Positions 28,884-36,914 of a stretch of DNA of 64,000 bases are shown in pieces. The translations under genes were made by a program, and so were the position numbers. Source of the DNA: a candidate division FCPU426 bacterium (GTDB taxonomy: Bacteria > Oederibacteriota > Muellerivitia > Muellerivitales > Muellerivitaceae); NCBI GenBank assembly GCA_963796105.1, contig CAWCKJ010000002.1, positions 128,001 through 192,000 of the forward strand, in the 5' to 3' direction. The notes beneath the pieces were generated by a model. It was given only the letters and a program-made list of their open reading frames with translations. It was not told the origin of the DNA and made no database searches. Numbering within the stretch: the first letter of the stretch is position 1; every line of letters begins with the position of its first letter.

Positions 28884-29072
28884 TTATCCCGCTCGGTTAA
28901 CTTGCTGAAGGCCTTCCAGGTAACAAGTAATAGCTTCTTTCGCGTTTTCCAAGGCCTCCTTGATGGTCTCACCTTGGGAGAAGCAACCGTCCAAAGCCGG
29001 GACTCGGACATTGAAACCGCCCTCATCGGCATGTGCCAATCGGACATGAAAATAAATCGGGATTGGTACCAT
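28884..29072 (-). CDS. hicB: Short HicB-like antitoxin (no cognate hicA adjacent)
   Basis: DEGGFNVRVPALDGCFSQGETIKEALENAKEAI; ATG at 29072 preferred to the longer ORF start. Confidence 0.8.
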   Translation of the reverse strand: MVPIPIYFHVRLAHADEGGFNVRVPALDGCFSQGETIKEALENAKEAITCYLEGLQQVNRAG

Positions 29073-29187
29073 ACCAGCCACATTAAAGTTTTGTGGAAGG
29101 CTTGCATGTTCCAGAACAACGTCAAGGGACGACCCATTGGGTCGCCACTTGGCCGGGACATGGTCCCCGGCCAAGTACACGGCTTGT

Positions 29188-29205
29188 CCCCGGCTAAAGC
29201 CGGGG
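29188..29205. repeat. IS200/IS605-type end hairpin remnant
   Basis: CCCCGGCTAAAGCCGGGG followed by CCTGAAGGC resembles IS200/IS605 subterminal palindromes; no tnpA/tnpB/iscB adjacent. Confidence 0.45.
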
Positions 29206-29349
29206 CCTGAAGGCAGCCGGTCAAATTTCATGTTGACACCTTTCTAAAAGGCTTCTGATGGCTTCCATCAATCTGCCTTTGAATTGGAATTATAACCTGG
29301 TAAGACACTCATATGGCCAGGGAACATAAAACAGAAGGGGGTCTCTATT

Positions 29350-29994
29350 TTATGTATTCGGCCCTTTGTTATTCGCTTTTTTGAGAAGTTTTCGATAGAG
29401 ACCGCCAAAAGGGCCTTCCAGGGCGCTTTTCTCGAAATATTCCGCTTCTTCCCTCCAAGTCATGCCTTTAGTCGCCTTGTGGATTTTGCGTTGGATCTCT
29501 TCTTTCATTTTTAAGGCATCGAAACCCTTGATGGGCTTAATTTTTTTAATTTTGCGATGCCGCGTTTTTGGTTTGGGTTTACCTGGTTTATATATGGAAT
29601 GGATTTCGTGGAAGCCGGGTGGATTGAATTCTCCAATAGGTAGACGCCGGATTCGGACATCATCTTTCTCAATAATGATGATGGCGCCATTTATAAGAGG
29701 TTCCTCGATGATTGACCAATTTTTTTCAAGGTTACCGGCCAGGTTAGCGACGGTCATTTTTTGCGTGCGGAATATCACGACTGAAGGCCTGGATTTTCCT
29801 GAAAAAGCCAATATTTTCCCAAAATCCAAATCGTGGGTTAAAAGTACAGAACCCCTTGACTCAGCGAGGGATAAAATAACCTCGTCGCCCGCTTTACTAT
29901 GACCAAGTTTTCCTGAGTGTATGGCTTGATGACCAAGGCGGGCCAAGTGCTGGCAAAGTGATGGGGAAAGGTTGTTATCTAAAAAGAATTTCAT
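29350..29994 (-). CDS. DUF5615 PIN-like toxin with long C-terminal extension
   Basis: MKFFLDNNLS...D..IL..A.....LLTHDLDFG...RIRRLPI, followed by about 90 extra aa. Confidence 0.85.
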   Translation of the reverse strand: MKFFLDNNLSPSLCQHLARLGHQAIHSGKLGHSKAGDEVILSLAESRGSVLLTHDLDFGKILAFSGKSRPSVVIFRTQKMTVANLAGNLEKNWSIIEEPLINGAIIIIEKDDVRIRRLPIGEFNPPGFHEIHSIYKPGKPKPKTRHRKIKKIKPIKGFDALKMKEEIQRKIHKATKGMTWREEAEYFEKSALEGPFGGLYRKLLKKANNKGPNT

Positions 29995-30230
29995 GGACGA
30001 GAAGGTATGAAGCGTTCCTCGGCCTCAAGGGAGCAATAGGCCAGGGCCTGAAGGATGTCCTCTTCCTCGAGTTCGGGCCATTCTTTTAGGATTTGGCGAA
30101 TGGTCATACCACCGCTCATGTAAGCCAATATACTGGCCACCGGCATGCGGTAACCCCGAACGCAGGGTTTCCCGAAACATTTTTCCGGATCGAATGTGAT
30201 TCGCTCAAATTTGTAATGGTGGTGTTCCAT
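29991..30230 (-). CDS. DUF433 antitoxin
   Basis: RITFDP..CFGKPCVRG.RMPV..IL...GGMT...IL..WPELEEEDI..AL.Y. Confidence 0.9.
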   Translation of the reverse strand: MEHHHYKFERITFDPEKCFGKPCVRGYRMPVASILAYMSGGMTIRQILKEWPELEEEDILQALAYCSLEAEERFIPSRP

Positions 30231-30322
30231 AACGCTGCCTTTCAGCGGTAATTATAACATTGGATGGGAATGAATGGTATTCGGCAACTCCTAATTCCGA
30301 ATTGCTAATCGTTCTTTAGGAG

Positions 30323-31084
30323 TTATTTCTTTTTACGGGGCCGCGTTTTTGGTTTTCTTTGCCTTTGCACAGATTTACTATAAATCTGCGCCGATCTACC
30401 GTGAAGAGACATTGAGATCGGTGCAATACCAGCCTCTTTAAAGTTTTTTGGAGGGCTGGCATGCGCCGATCTACCGTGAAGAGACATTGAGATCGGTGCA
30501 ATACCAGCCTCTTTAAAGTTTTTTGGAGGGCTGGCATGCGCCGATCTACCGTGAAGAGACATTGAGATCGGTGCAATACCAGCCTCTTTAAAGTTTTTTG
30601 GAGGGCTGGCATGCGCCGATCTACCGTGAAGAGACATTGAGATCGGTGCAATACCAGCCTCTTTAAAGTTTTTTGGAGGGCTGGCATGCGCCGATCTACC
30701 GTGAAGAGACATTGAGATCGGTGCAATACCAGCCTCTTTAAAGTTTTTTGGAGGGCTGGCATGCGCCGATCTACCGTGAAGAGACATTGAGATCGGTGCA
30801 ATACCAGCCTCTTTAAAGTTTTTTGGAGGGCTGGCATGCGCCGATCTACCGTGAAGAGACATTGAGATCGGTGCAATACCAGCCTCTTTAAAGTTTTTTG
30901 GAGGGCTGGCATGCGCCGATCTACCGTGAAGAGACATTGAGATCGGTGCAATACCAGCCTCTTTAAAGTTTTTTGGAGGGCTGGCATGCGCCGGCAATCT
31001 TCTCCTTCGGCTGGTGGCCTCAGGAGGCCGGTATTCAGCGGGGGATTCGTGGACGGCGCCGCCGGACGGCAGGATTTCCAGAAC
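30323..31084 (-). pseudogene. 3' remnant of a HepT-like gene, split by the repeat array and truncated by the transposase TIR
   Basis: 31084-31031 reads VLEILPSGGAVHESPAEY and 30369-30323 reads ...QRKPKTRPRKKK*, mirroring LQNILPPGLQEPHAEYKVSKSKSKTRPRKKK* of 28192..28593. Confidence 0.7.
30387..30986 (-). repeat. Perfect tandem array, 8 x 75 bp, twin-hairpin unit
   Basis: Identical units tgcgccgatct-accgtgaagagacattg-agatcggtgc-aa-taccagcctctttaaagttttttggagggctggca, period 75 bp. Confidence 0.97.
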
Positions 31085-31087
31085 AAA

Positions 31088-32102
31088 GGGGTCAGGCCTA
31101 CATTTTACACTTTACAAATAATTCGCCATTTTTAGAATATGCTTATGCCAAGACCCAGGCGAATTCATTATGAGGGGGCTGTTTACCACGTGACCTCCCG
31201 AGGGAACGAGCGGCGCGAGATTGTCAAGACCGACTCGGACCGATGGATGTTTTACAGACTATTGGGGGAAATGATCGAGGAAAATAAGGTGCTTTGCCAC
31301 GCCTGGGTACTGATGAACAACCATTACCATCTCTTGCTGGAGACGCCCGCAGCCAATCTTTCCATCGCGATGAAGCATTTAAACAGTATTTATACCCAGC
31401 GTTTTAATAAAAAATATCAAAGGGCCGGCCATTTATTCCAGGGGCGGTTCAAGGCCATTGTGGTTGAGAAGGATAGCTACTTGAAAGAGTTATGCCGGTA
31501 TGTGGTTTTGAATCCCGTGAGGGCGAAGGCGGTCAAGGCTCCGGGGGATTGGAAGTGGAGCAGTTACCGCGCGACTGCCGGCCTGGAAAAGGGGGAACCG
31601 TGGCTGGAAACGGATTGGATTCTCAGTCAGTTCGGAAGTACCCTCAATGAGGCACGGAAAAGCTATCGGGCTTTTGTGGCTGGCGGAATCGGGAGCAAGG
31701 TTTCCCCCTGGGAAGAACTTTATTCCCGCGTATATTTGGGAAAAGAGAAATTTTTGATCAAGGTGCATGAGGCGGGGCGAAAGCATAGGCATTTGGATGT
31801 CCCGAAGTACCAGAAACAAGTGGTGAAGGCTGACCCGGAAAAGATTCTCGGGAAAATCGCCGAAGTCTATGGGGGAAAACCCGAGGAGATTTTGCAAGCC
31901 GGAAGAAGGGGGATGGATTCCCGGGACGCGGCGATCTATTTGCTGAAGAGGGAAGCGGGGCTAAGTTTGAGGGAGATCGGCAAAAGGATGGGAGTGGGTT
32001 TTTCGGCGGTTGGGAACCAATGGACCAGGATCAAGAAGAGGATGCCGGTGGACCGGGAATTCGCCAAAAAAGTGCTAAAGTGTAAAATGTAGGCCTGACC
32101 CC
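31088..32102 (+). mobile_element. TIR-flanked Y1 tyrosine-transposase element (TIRYT/RAYT-like)
   Basis: Perfect 27-bp inverted repeats GGGGTCAGGCCTACATTTTACACTTTA (31088-31114) and its reverse complement (32076-32102); the transposase stop codon lies in the right TIR. Confidence 0.9.
31139..32092 (+). CDS. HUH/Y1 (REP-associated-type) tyrosine transposase with C-terminal DnaA-like HTH
   Basis: YHVTSRGN, LMNNHYHLL (HUH), GHLFQGRFKA, YVVLNPVRA, WKWSSY; C-terminal RDAAIYL...GLSL.EIG..MG. Confidence 0.93.
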   Translation: MLMPRPRRIHYEGAVYHVTSRGNERREIVKTDSDRWMFYRLLGEMIEENKVLCHAWVLMNNHYHLLLETPAANLSIAMKHLNSIYTQRFNKKYQRAGHLFQGRFKAIVVEKDSYLKELCRYVVLNPVRAKAVKAPGDWKWSSYRATAGLEKGEPWLETDWILSQFGSTLNEARKSYRAFVAGGIGSKVSPWEELYSRVYLGKEKFLIKVHEAGRKHRHLDVPKYQKQVVKADPEKILGKIAEVYGGKPEEILQAGRRGMDSRDAAIYLLKREAGLSLREIGKRMGVGFSAVGNQWTRIKKRMPVDREFAKKVLKCKM

Positions 32103-32135
32103 ATTGTGGTGTGGGGGGAATGGAGGTTTAAATTG

Positions 32136-32873
32136 ATGGATTTAATCAAGGGGGCGGTGAGGCGCTTGGCGGGGCTTTTCGGGCTGGAGGTCAGGCTCGC
32201 GCCGACCAGGACCGGGGAATACGGGAACGTGTTCGCCCGCGCGATCTACAATCCCTGGAACCTGGACAAGGCCTTCCAGGAGGTTTACGCCTCCCTGGGG
32301 CCCGCCACGGTGGTGGACGAGTACTGCTGTTACGAGCTCTGGAAGCTGGTGGAGCAAAGCGCGAAGCTGAGGGAGGGGTGCCTCATCGAGGCCGGGGTCT
32401 GGCGCGGGGGGTCCGCCGCCCTCATCGCCCGGCAGGCCAGGAATTGCGGGATCAAGGACAAGGTCTATCTCTGCGACAACTTCAAGGGGGCGGTCAAGAC
32501 AGGGGAAAAGGACACCTATTACAAGGGCGGGGAATTCACCGCCAACAGGCTGGAGCCGGAGGAACTGATCTTCAAAAAGATGGGGTTGGACAACGCCGAG
32601 ATACTGGAGGGCATCTTCCCCGAGGAGACGGGGCACAGGGTCAAGGACCTGAAATTCCGGTTCTGCCACATCGACATCGGGGTTTACCAGGCGGAGAAGG
32701 ACATCGCGGACTGGATCTGGGAAAGGATGGTTCCCGGGGGGATGGTGGTCTTCGGCTGTTACGGCTTCAAGGGGTGCGAGGGGACCACGAGGTACGTGAA
32801 CGAGCGGATGGACAGGCCGGACAGGCTGGTGATCCAGAACCTCAACGGCCATGCGATATTCGTGAAGATTTGA
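32136..32873 (+). CDS. TylF/MycF/NovP-family O-methyltransferase
   Basis: EAGVWRGGS, LCDNFKG, GIFPEET, FCHIDI, GG...F..YG; ATG at 32136 follows a GGAGG RBS. Confidence 0.85.
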   Translation: MDLIKGAVRRLAGLFGLEVRLAPTRTGEYGNVFARAIYNPWNLDKAFQEVYASLGPATVVDEYCCYELWKLVEQSAKLREGCLIEAGVWRGGSAALIARQARNCGIKDKVYLCDNFKGAVKTGEKDTYYKGGEFTANRLEPEELIFKKMGLDNAEILEGIFPEETGHRVKDLKFRFCHIDIGVYQAEKDIADWIWERMVPGGMVVFGCYGFKGCEGTTRYVNERMDRPDRLVIQNLNGHAIFVKI

Positions 32874-32904
32874 TAAGGAAAATTAAAACTTAAACAACTT
32901 CAAT

Positions 32905-34005
32905 TTCACCACAGGTTTCTTCGAAACCACATGCCGAACCTCATTTAAGCATTCAATGAAAGTTCGGTACAGATTTACTATAAATCTGCCCCTGCAATCC
33001 TCTCACTCGGCTGGTAGCCTCATGCGGCCTGTATAGCACCGATTTCTTTAACTGCTTTATGGTGAATCGGCGCAGAGTACACGGTAAAACATTCTCTTGG
33101 GTACAGCTAAAACATCAAAACAACTACGTCATCTCACCACATGCCAGCCCGCCATAAAACTAATAGGGTGGCTGGTATCATACCAATCTCCACATATGCT
33201 TAAAGGAAGATTGGCACAGGGACTCAGCTACTTCAACAACATTTAACCACAGGTTCCTGCGGAACCACATGCCGAACCTCATTTAAGCATTCAATGAAAG
33301 TTCGGTACAGATTTACTATAAATCTGCCCCTGCAATCCTCTCACTCGGCTGGTAGCCTCATGCGGCCTGTATAGCACCGATTTCTTTAACCGCTTTATGG
33401 TGAATCGGCGCAGAGTACACGGTAAAACATTCTCTTGGGTACAGCTAAAACATCAAAACAACTACGTCATCTCACCATCCCACTATGCTCTATGAGCTTC
33501 GATGGACAGGCAGCTTCAGATCGTGACAAGAGCATGGCTCTTGCGCCCTGCGGTCTTTATGGCGCATCCAAAGGCCTCGGAAAAATGGATTTTCCCGAAG
33601 GCCGTCGGTTACGCCATAGTACACGATCTATACATAACCTCTAACCTCTGAAAAAGTCGGCCATCGCCTCCTTTTTCAGAAAACAAATTATGGAAACCCC
33701 ACGATTTCCTGCGGAAATCTTTGGGGTCGAAACCTCTGTTGGCCGCTTTTAATAGTTTTTCAGAGGTTTCAACCTTTTAAATCTTCTACTGTGATGCGTT
33801 AGCACTGTGGTTCCCGTAGGAACCTGTACCGATCATCCATAAAAATTTAGAGAGATCGGCACTATACCAGCCCCCATATCAGCCTTATGGAAGGCTGGCA
33901 TGTGGTTAATCTGTTTATCCCCTGCATCCCCTGAATCCCAGCTAAGATACTTTTTTTTCCTGTGTTGCGTTAGCACTGTGGTTCTGTAAGAACCCGTGGT
34001 GAATC
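32905..34005. repeat. Nested hairpin-repeat cluster 2
   Basis: 143-bp composites at 32932-33074 and 33270-33412; twin-hairpin elements at 33142-33218 and 33827-33902; 110-bp element at 33519-33628; TIR-bounded segment at 33643-33768. Confidence 0.85.
33643..33768. mobile_element. Putative MITE
   Basis: 13-bp terminal inverted repeat AACCTCTGAAAAA...TTTTTCAGAGGTT, internal hairpins, no ORF. Confidence 0.5.
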
Positions 34006-34095
34006 CGGGCATTGGCGGAAACCTTTGTTCCCCCAGTGGAAAGTTGTACAATGATTTTGATGGTTTTGGTGGTTGAAAATCGGAAAGGGGAAGCC

Positions 34096-34302
34096 ATGCG
34101 ACAAGTTCTTATTTACCCAGGAGAAGACGGTTATTGGGTGGCTGAATGTCCCAGCCTTCCGGGCTGTATTAGCCAAGGAAAGACACGGGAAAAAGCGATT
34201 CAAAACATCAAGGAAGCCATTGAAGGTTATATCGCCTCATTGAAAGACGACCATATCAGCATTCCCAAGGAACATTTCGAGGCCATGTTAGTAGCCATAT
34301 GA
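34096..34302 (+). CDS. hicB: HicB antitoxin
   Basis: EDGYWVAECPSLPGCISQGKTREKAIQNIKEAIEGY. Confidence 0.9.
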   Translation: MRQVLIYPGEDGYWVAECPSLPGCISQGKTREKAIQNIKEAIEGYIASLKDDHISIPKEHFEAMLVAI

Positions 34303-34520
34303 GTAAACTCCCCCGTTTATCGGGAAGGGAATGCGTTCAGGCACTTTCCAAAGTCGGCTATGTTTTTGTCCGGCAACATTCTTCCCATATCATCCTCCGC
34401 CGTAAAGAACCCTTTTCACAATTGACAGTGCCGGACCACAAGGAATTGGACCGAGGCACACTCCGCGCGATCATCCGGCAAGCTGGTTTGCAGGTGGAGG
34501 GTTTTACAAAATTATCATAA
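34299..34520 (+). CDS. hicA: HicA toxin
   Basis: LSGRE..QAL.K.G..FVRQ.SSHI.L...LTVPDHKELDRGTLRAII. Confidence 0.9.
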   Translation: MSKLPRLSGRECVQALSKVGYVFVRQHSSHIILRRKEPFSQLTVPDHKELDRGTLRAIIRQAGLQVEGFTKLS

Positions 34521-34647
34521 AAACCGTGTCTTAAAATCTGCTTCTTCGCCGCCAACCTGCCTTGATTAGTTCTGCGGACTATCGATTGCACTGCCACTCG
34601 AAGCGTTGGGTGCGGACTGCTTTATACAAGTTTTGGTTTGGAGATGA

Positions 34648-35964
34648 ATGAATAAGGCCCAAAACACCGCCGCGGGGTTCCTTGTAAAGTCCCTCGCGAG
34701 CCTGCTATCCAAGAAGCAGATGCTCAACAAGGCCGCCCTGATGACGGGGGCCAAGGTCCTGGGCATGGGCATCGGGGCGGCGGGAACCATCTACGCGGCC
34801 AGGTGCCTGGGGCCCCGCAGCCTGGGACTGTCGGGAATGGTCCAGAACATCGCGGGGCAGGGCATGCTCGCCACGGAATTCATCTCCACCACGGTCCTGA
34901 TCCGCGAGTACAAGAACGCCAGGGACGCCGGGGACAGGGACAGGATCGTCCAGGCCGCCAACGGCTTTTGGCTCCTGCCGGGCCTGGTTTTCTCGGTCCT
35001 GGCGGCGTTGTTCTTGATCCTCAAATGGGTCCCAGGCGATTACCAGACCGCCGGCTGGTTTTTCATTCCCTTGATCCTCCTGAGTTCCGTCCAGCCGGAT
35101 TGGATCTTCCAGGCGGAGGAGAAACAGCAACACCAGTCGCTTTTCGCGCTCATCCAGCCCCTGCTGATGACGGGCCTCTACCTCATCTGGTTCAAGCCGG
35201 GCGCGCAGGCCAGCGCCGATTTGTTCGTGAAATCCTCGGCGGCGGCGGTGATGTTCTTTGTTTACTGGCGGGGAATTTTCAAGCTTAGCTCCCTCAAGGG
35301 GTTCTTCATCCGGATCGATTTTTTCAGGGACATGAGGGACCTGGTCCTGAAATCCCGCTGGCTTTTCATTTCAGCAATCGCCGTTTACGTCTACAGCACC
35401 CTGGAACAGCCCCTTTTGGGCTGGCTTTTCTCGGTGGAGGAGCTCGGGAAATACCGCACAGCCTCCTCCGCGACGAACGCGGCCTGCTCCTTTTTCAACC
35501 TGATCCCCCTCATCCTTTACCCGAGGTTCATCGAGTGGCGGAAAAGGGGGGAAGAGGTCCTTTGGGTGAGGCAGTTGAAGCTCACGGCGCTTTTCTCGGC
35601 GGGCGGGGGCATCCTGGCCCTGGGAGGGTTTTGGCTGATCCCGCTTCTTTACCCCTACGTCTTCGGGCCTTCCTTCGCGGGAGCGGCGGTGCCCTGCGCC
35701 CTGCTGCTTCTATCGGAAATCATCGTGGTCATCAGCGGGCTCTTCAGCTGGGGCTTGTTGACGGACCACACCTACGACAAATTCGTGTCCTCCACCCTGA
35801 TCGGCACGGCGGTTTTCTCCCTCGCGACGAACCTTTTGTTCATCCCGAGGTTCGGGATGATGGGGGCGGCGCTGGTGCATTTGGCGAGCGAGATTCTGAT
35901 ATTGGGGGTGTTCTTCGGGCTGGCTTACAGGAGAATCGGGAACATTAGGAAGAAACAGGTTTGA
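34648..35964 (+). CDS. Second Wzx-like oligosaccharide flippase
   Basis: AR.LGP...G, WIFQ..EK, LLG......LG.Y, LIP.FG..GAA; multi-TM. Confidence 0.82.
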   Translation: MNKAQNTAAGFLVKSLASLLSKKQMLNKAALMTGAKVLGMGIGAAGTIYAARCLGPRSLGLSGMVQNIAGQGMLATEFISTTVLIREYKNARDAGDRDRIVQAANGFWLLPGLVFSVLAALFLILKWVPGDYQTAGWFFIPLILLSSVQPDWIFQAEEKQQHQSLFALIQPLLMTGLYLIWFKPGAQASADLFVKSSAAAVMFFVYWRGIFKLSSLKGFFIRIDFFRDMRDLVLKSRWLFISAIAVYVYSTLEQPLLGWLFSVEELGKYRTASSATNAACSFFNLIPLILYPRFIEWRKRGEEVLWVRQLKLTALFSAGGGILALGGFWLIPLLYPYVFGPSFAGAAVPCALLLLSEIIVVISGLFSWGLLTDHTYDKFVSSTLIGTAVFSLATNLLFIPRFGMMGAALVHLASEILILGVFFGLAYRRIGNIRKKQV

Positions 35965-35971
35965 AGAAATT

Positions 35972-36213
35972 CTTTTCTTTTTTTGTCCCCATCATTCAAA
36001 CCCTCATTTAAACAATGGGGTTTCGTTATAAAATGTATTTATTGCTGGCTCGCTCCACACATTCCCCTGTGGGTTTCTAGTTATCTGAACTTGCGAATTT
36101 CCTTTTAATATTCCTAGCGATAAGGCCTAGAGGGCTCCCCTTACGCTTATATGAGTTGATCCTTTATGCCGCTTGGGTGGGGTTTTCATGAAGGGGACGG
36201 GGTTTTTTAAAAC
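35972..36213. repeat. ~240-bp structured non-coding repeat, copy 1 (copy 2 at 39709-39952)
   Basis: Shared blocks CCCCAT..ATGGGG, CGCTCCACACATTCCCCTGTGGGTTTCT, TAGAGGG.TCCCCTT.CGCT and TTCATGAAGGGG.CGGGGTTTT. Confidence 0.8.
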
Positions 36214-36344
36214 AAAAGCAAACCTTACCTTGCGGCCTACGAGACTTTGATACTGGGGGGGGTGTTCTTCGGGCTGGCTTACAGGAGAATCGGGAAAATA
36301 CGTAGAAAAATATAATTTTGAATTGAAGGAAAAAACCACATATC

Positions 36345-36850
36345 AACACAGGTTCTTTCAGAACCACAGCAACAACCTTGATTTAATACGGCTAAAAAAT
36401 ATCAAAAGCAACAACTTCAACATTTAACCACAGGTTCTTTCAGAACCACAGTAACATCCTCAATTTGGTACGGCTAAAAACATCAAAACAACAACATCAT
36501 CTCACCACAGGTTTCTTCGAAACCACATGCCGAACCTCATTTAAGCATTCAATGAAAGTTCGGTACAGATTTACTATAAATCTGCCCCGGCAATTCTCTC
36601 ACTCGGCTGGTAGCCTCATGCGGCCTGTATAGCACCGATTTCCTTAACCGATTTATGGAAAATCGGCGCAGAGACTCAGCTAAAACATTCTATGGGTTGC
36701 GGCTAAAAACATCAAAACAACAACATCATCTCACCACGGGTTCCCGCGGAACCACAGCAACAACCTCGATTTAAAACGGCTAAAAAATATCAAAAGCAAC
36801 AACTACAGATAACCCCTTACCAAGGCACGGGTTTCTTCGAAACCACAGTA
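36345..36850. repeat. Nested hairpin-repeat cluster 3: about five ~80-bp scaffold units, one carrying the 143-bp composite (36528-36670)
   Basis: Recurring CAC(A/G)GGTTYY-N3-RRAACCACAG ... CGGCTAAAAA(C/AT)ATCAAAA(G)CAACAAC. Confidence 0.85.
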
Positions 36851-36914
36851 AGACAAACATATTCCGGTTTACCACAGGGTTTTTTTAACGCAAATGCAAA
36901 CCGGCATTTAAAAT

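Noticed and set aside
29150..29240. IscB/TnpB omega-RNA locus
   Set aside because: Only a short end-like palindrome; no nuclease gene adjacent.
30387..30986. CRISPR array
   Set aside because: Units are fully identical with no unique spacers, and no cas genes are in the window.
30316..31086. Repeat-protein ORFs 30316..31086 and 30323..30997
   Set aside because: They stay open only because the 75-bp unit is a multiple of 3; the sequence is explained by DNA hairpin elements inside a gene remnant.
36345..36850. CRISPR-like repeat/spacer array or integron attC cassettes
   Set aside because: Repeats are degenerate, the variable parts resemble each other, no RYYYAAC/GTTRRRY attC ends were seen, and there is no integrase or cas gene.
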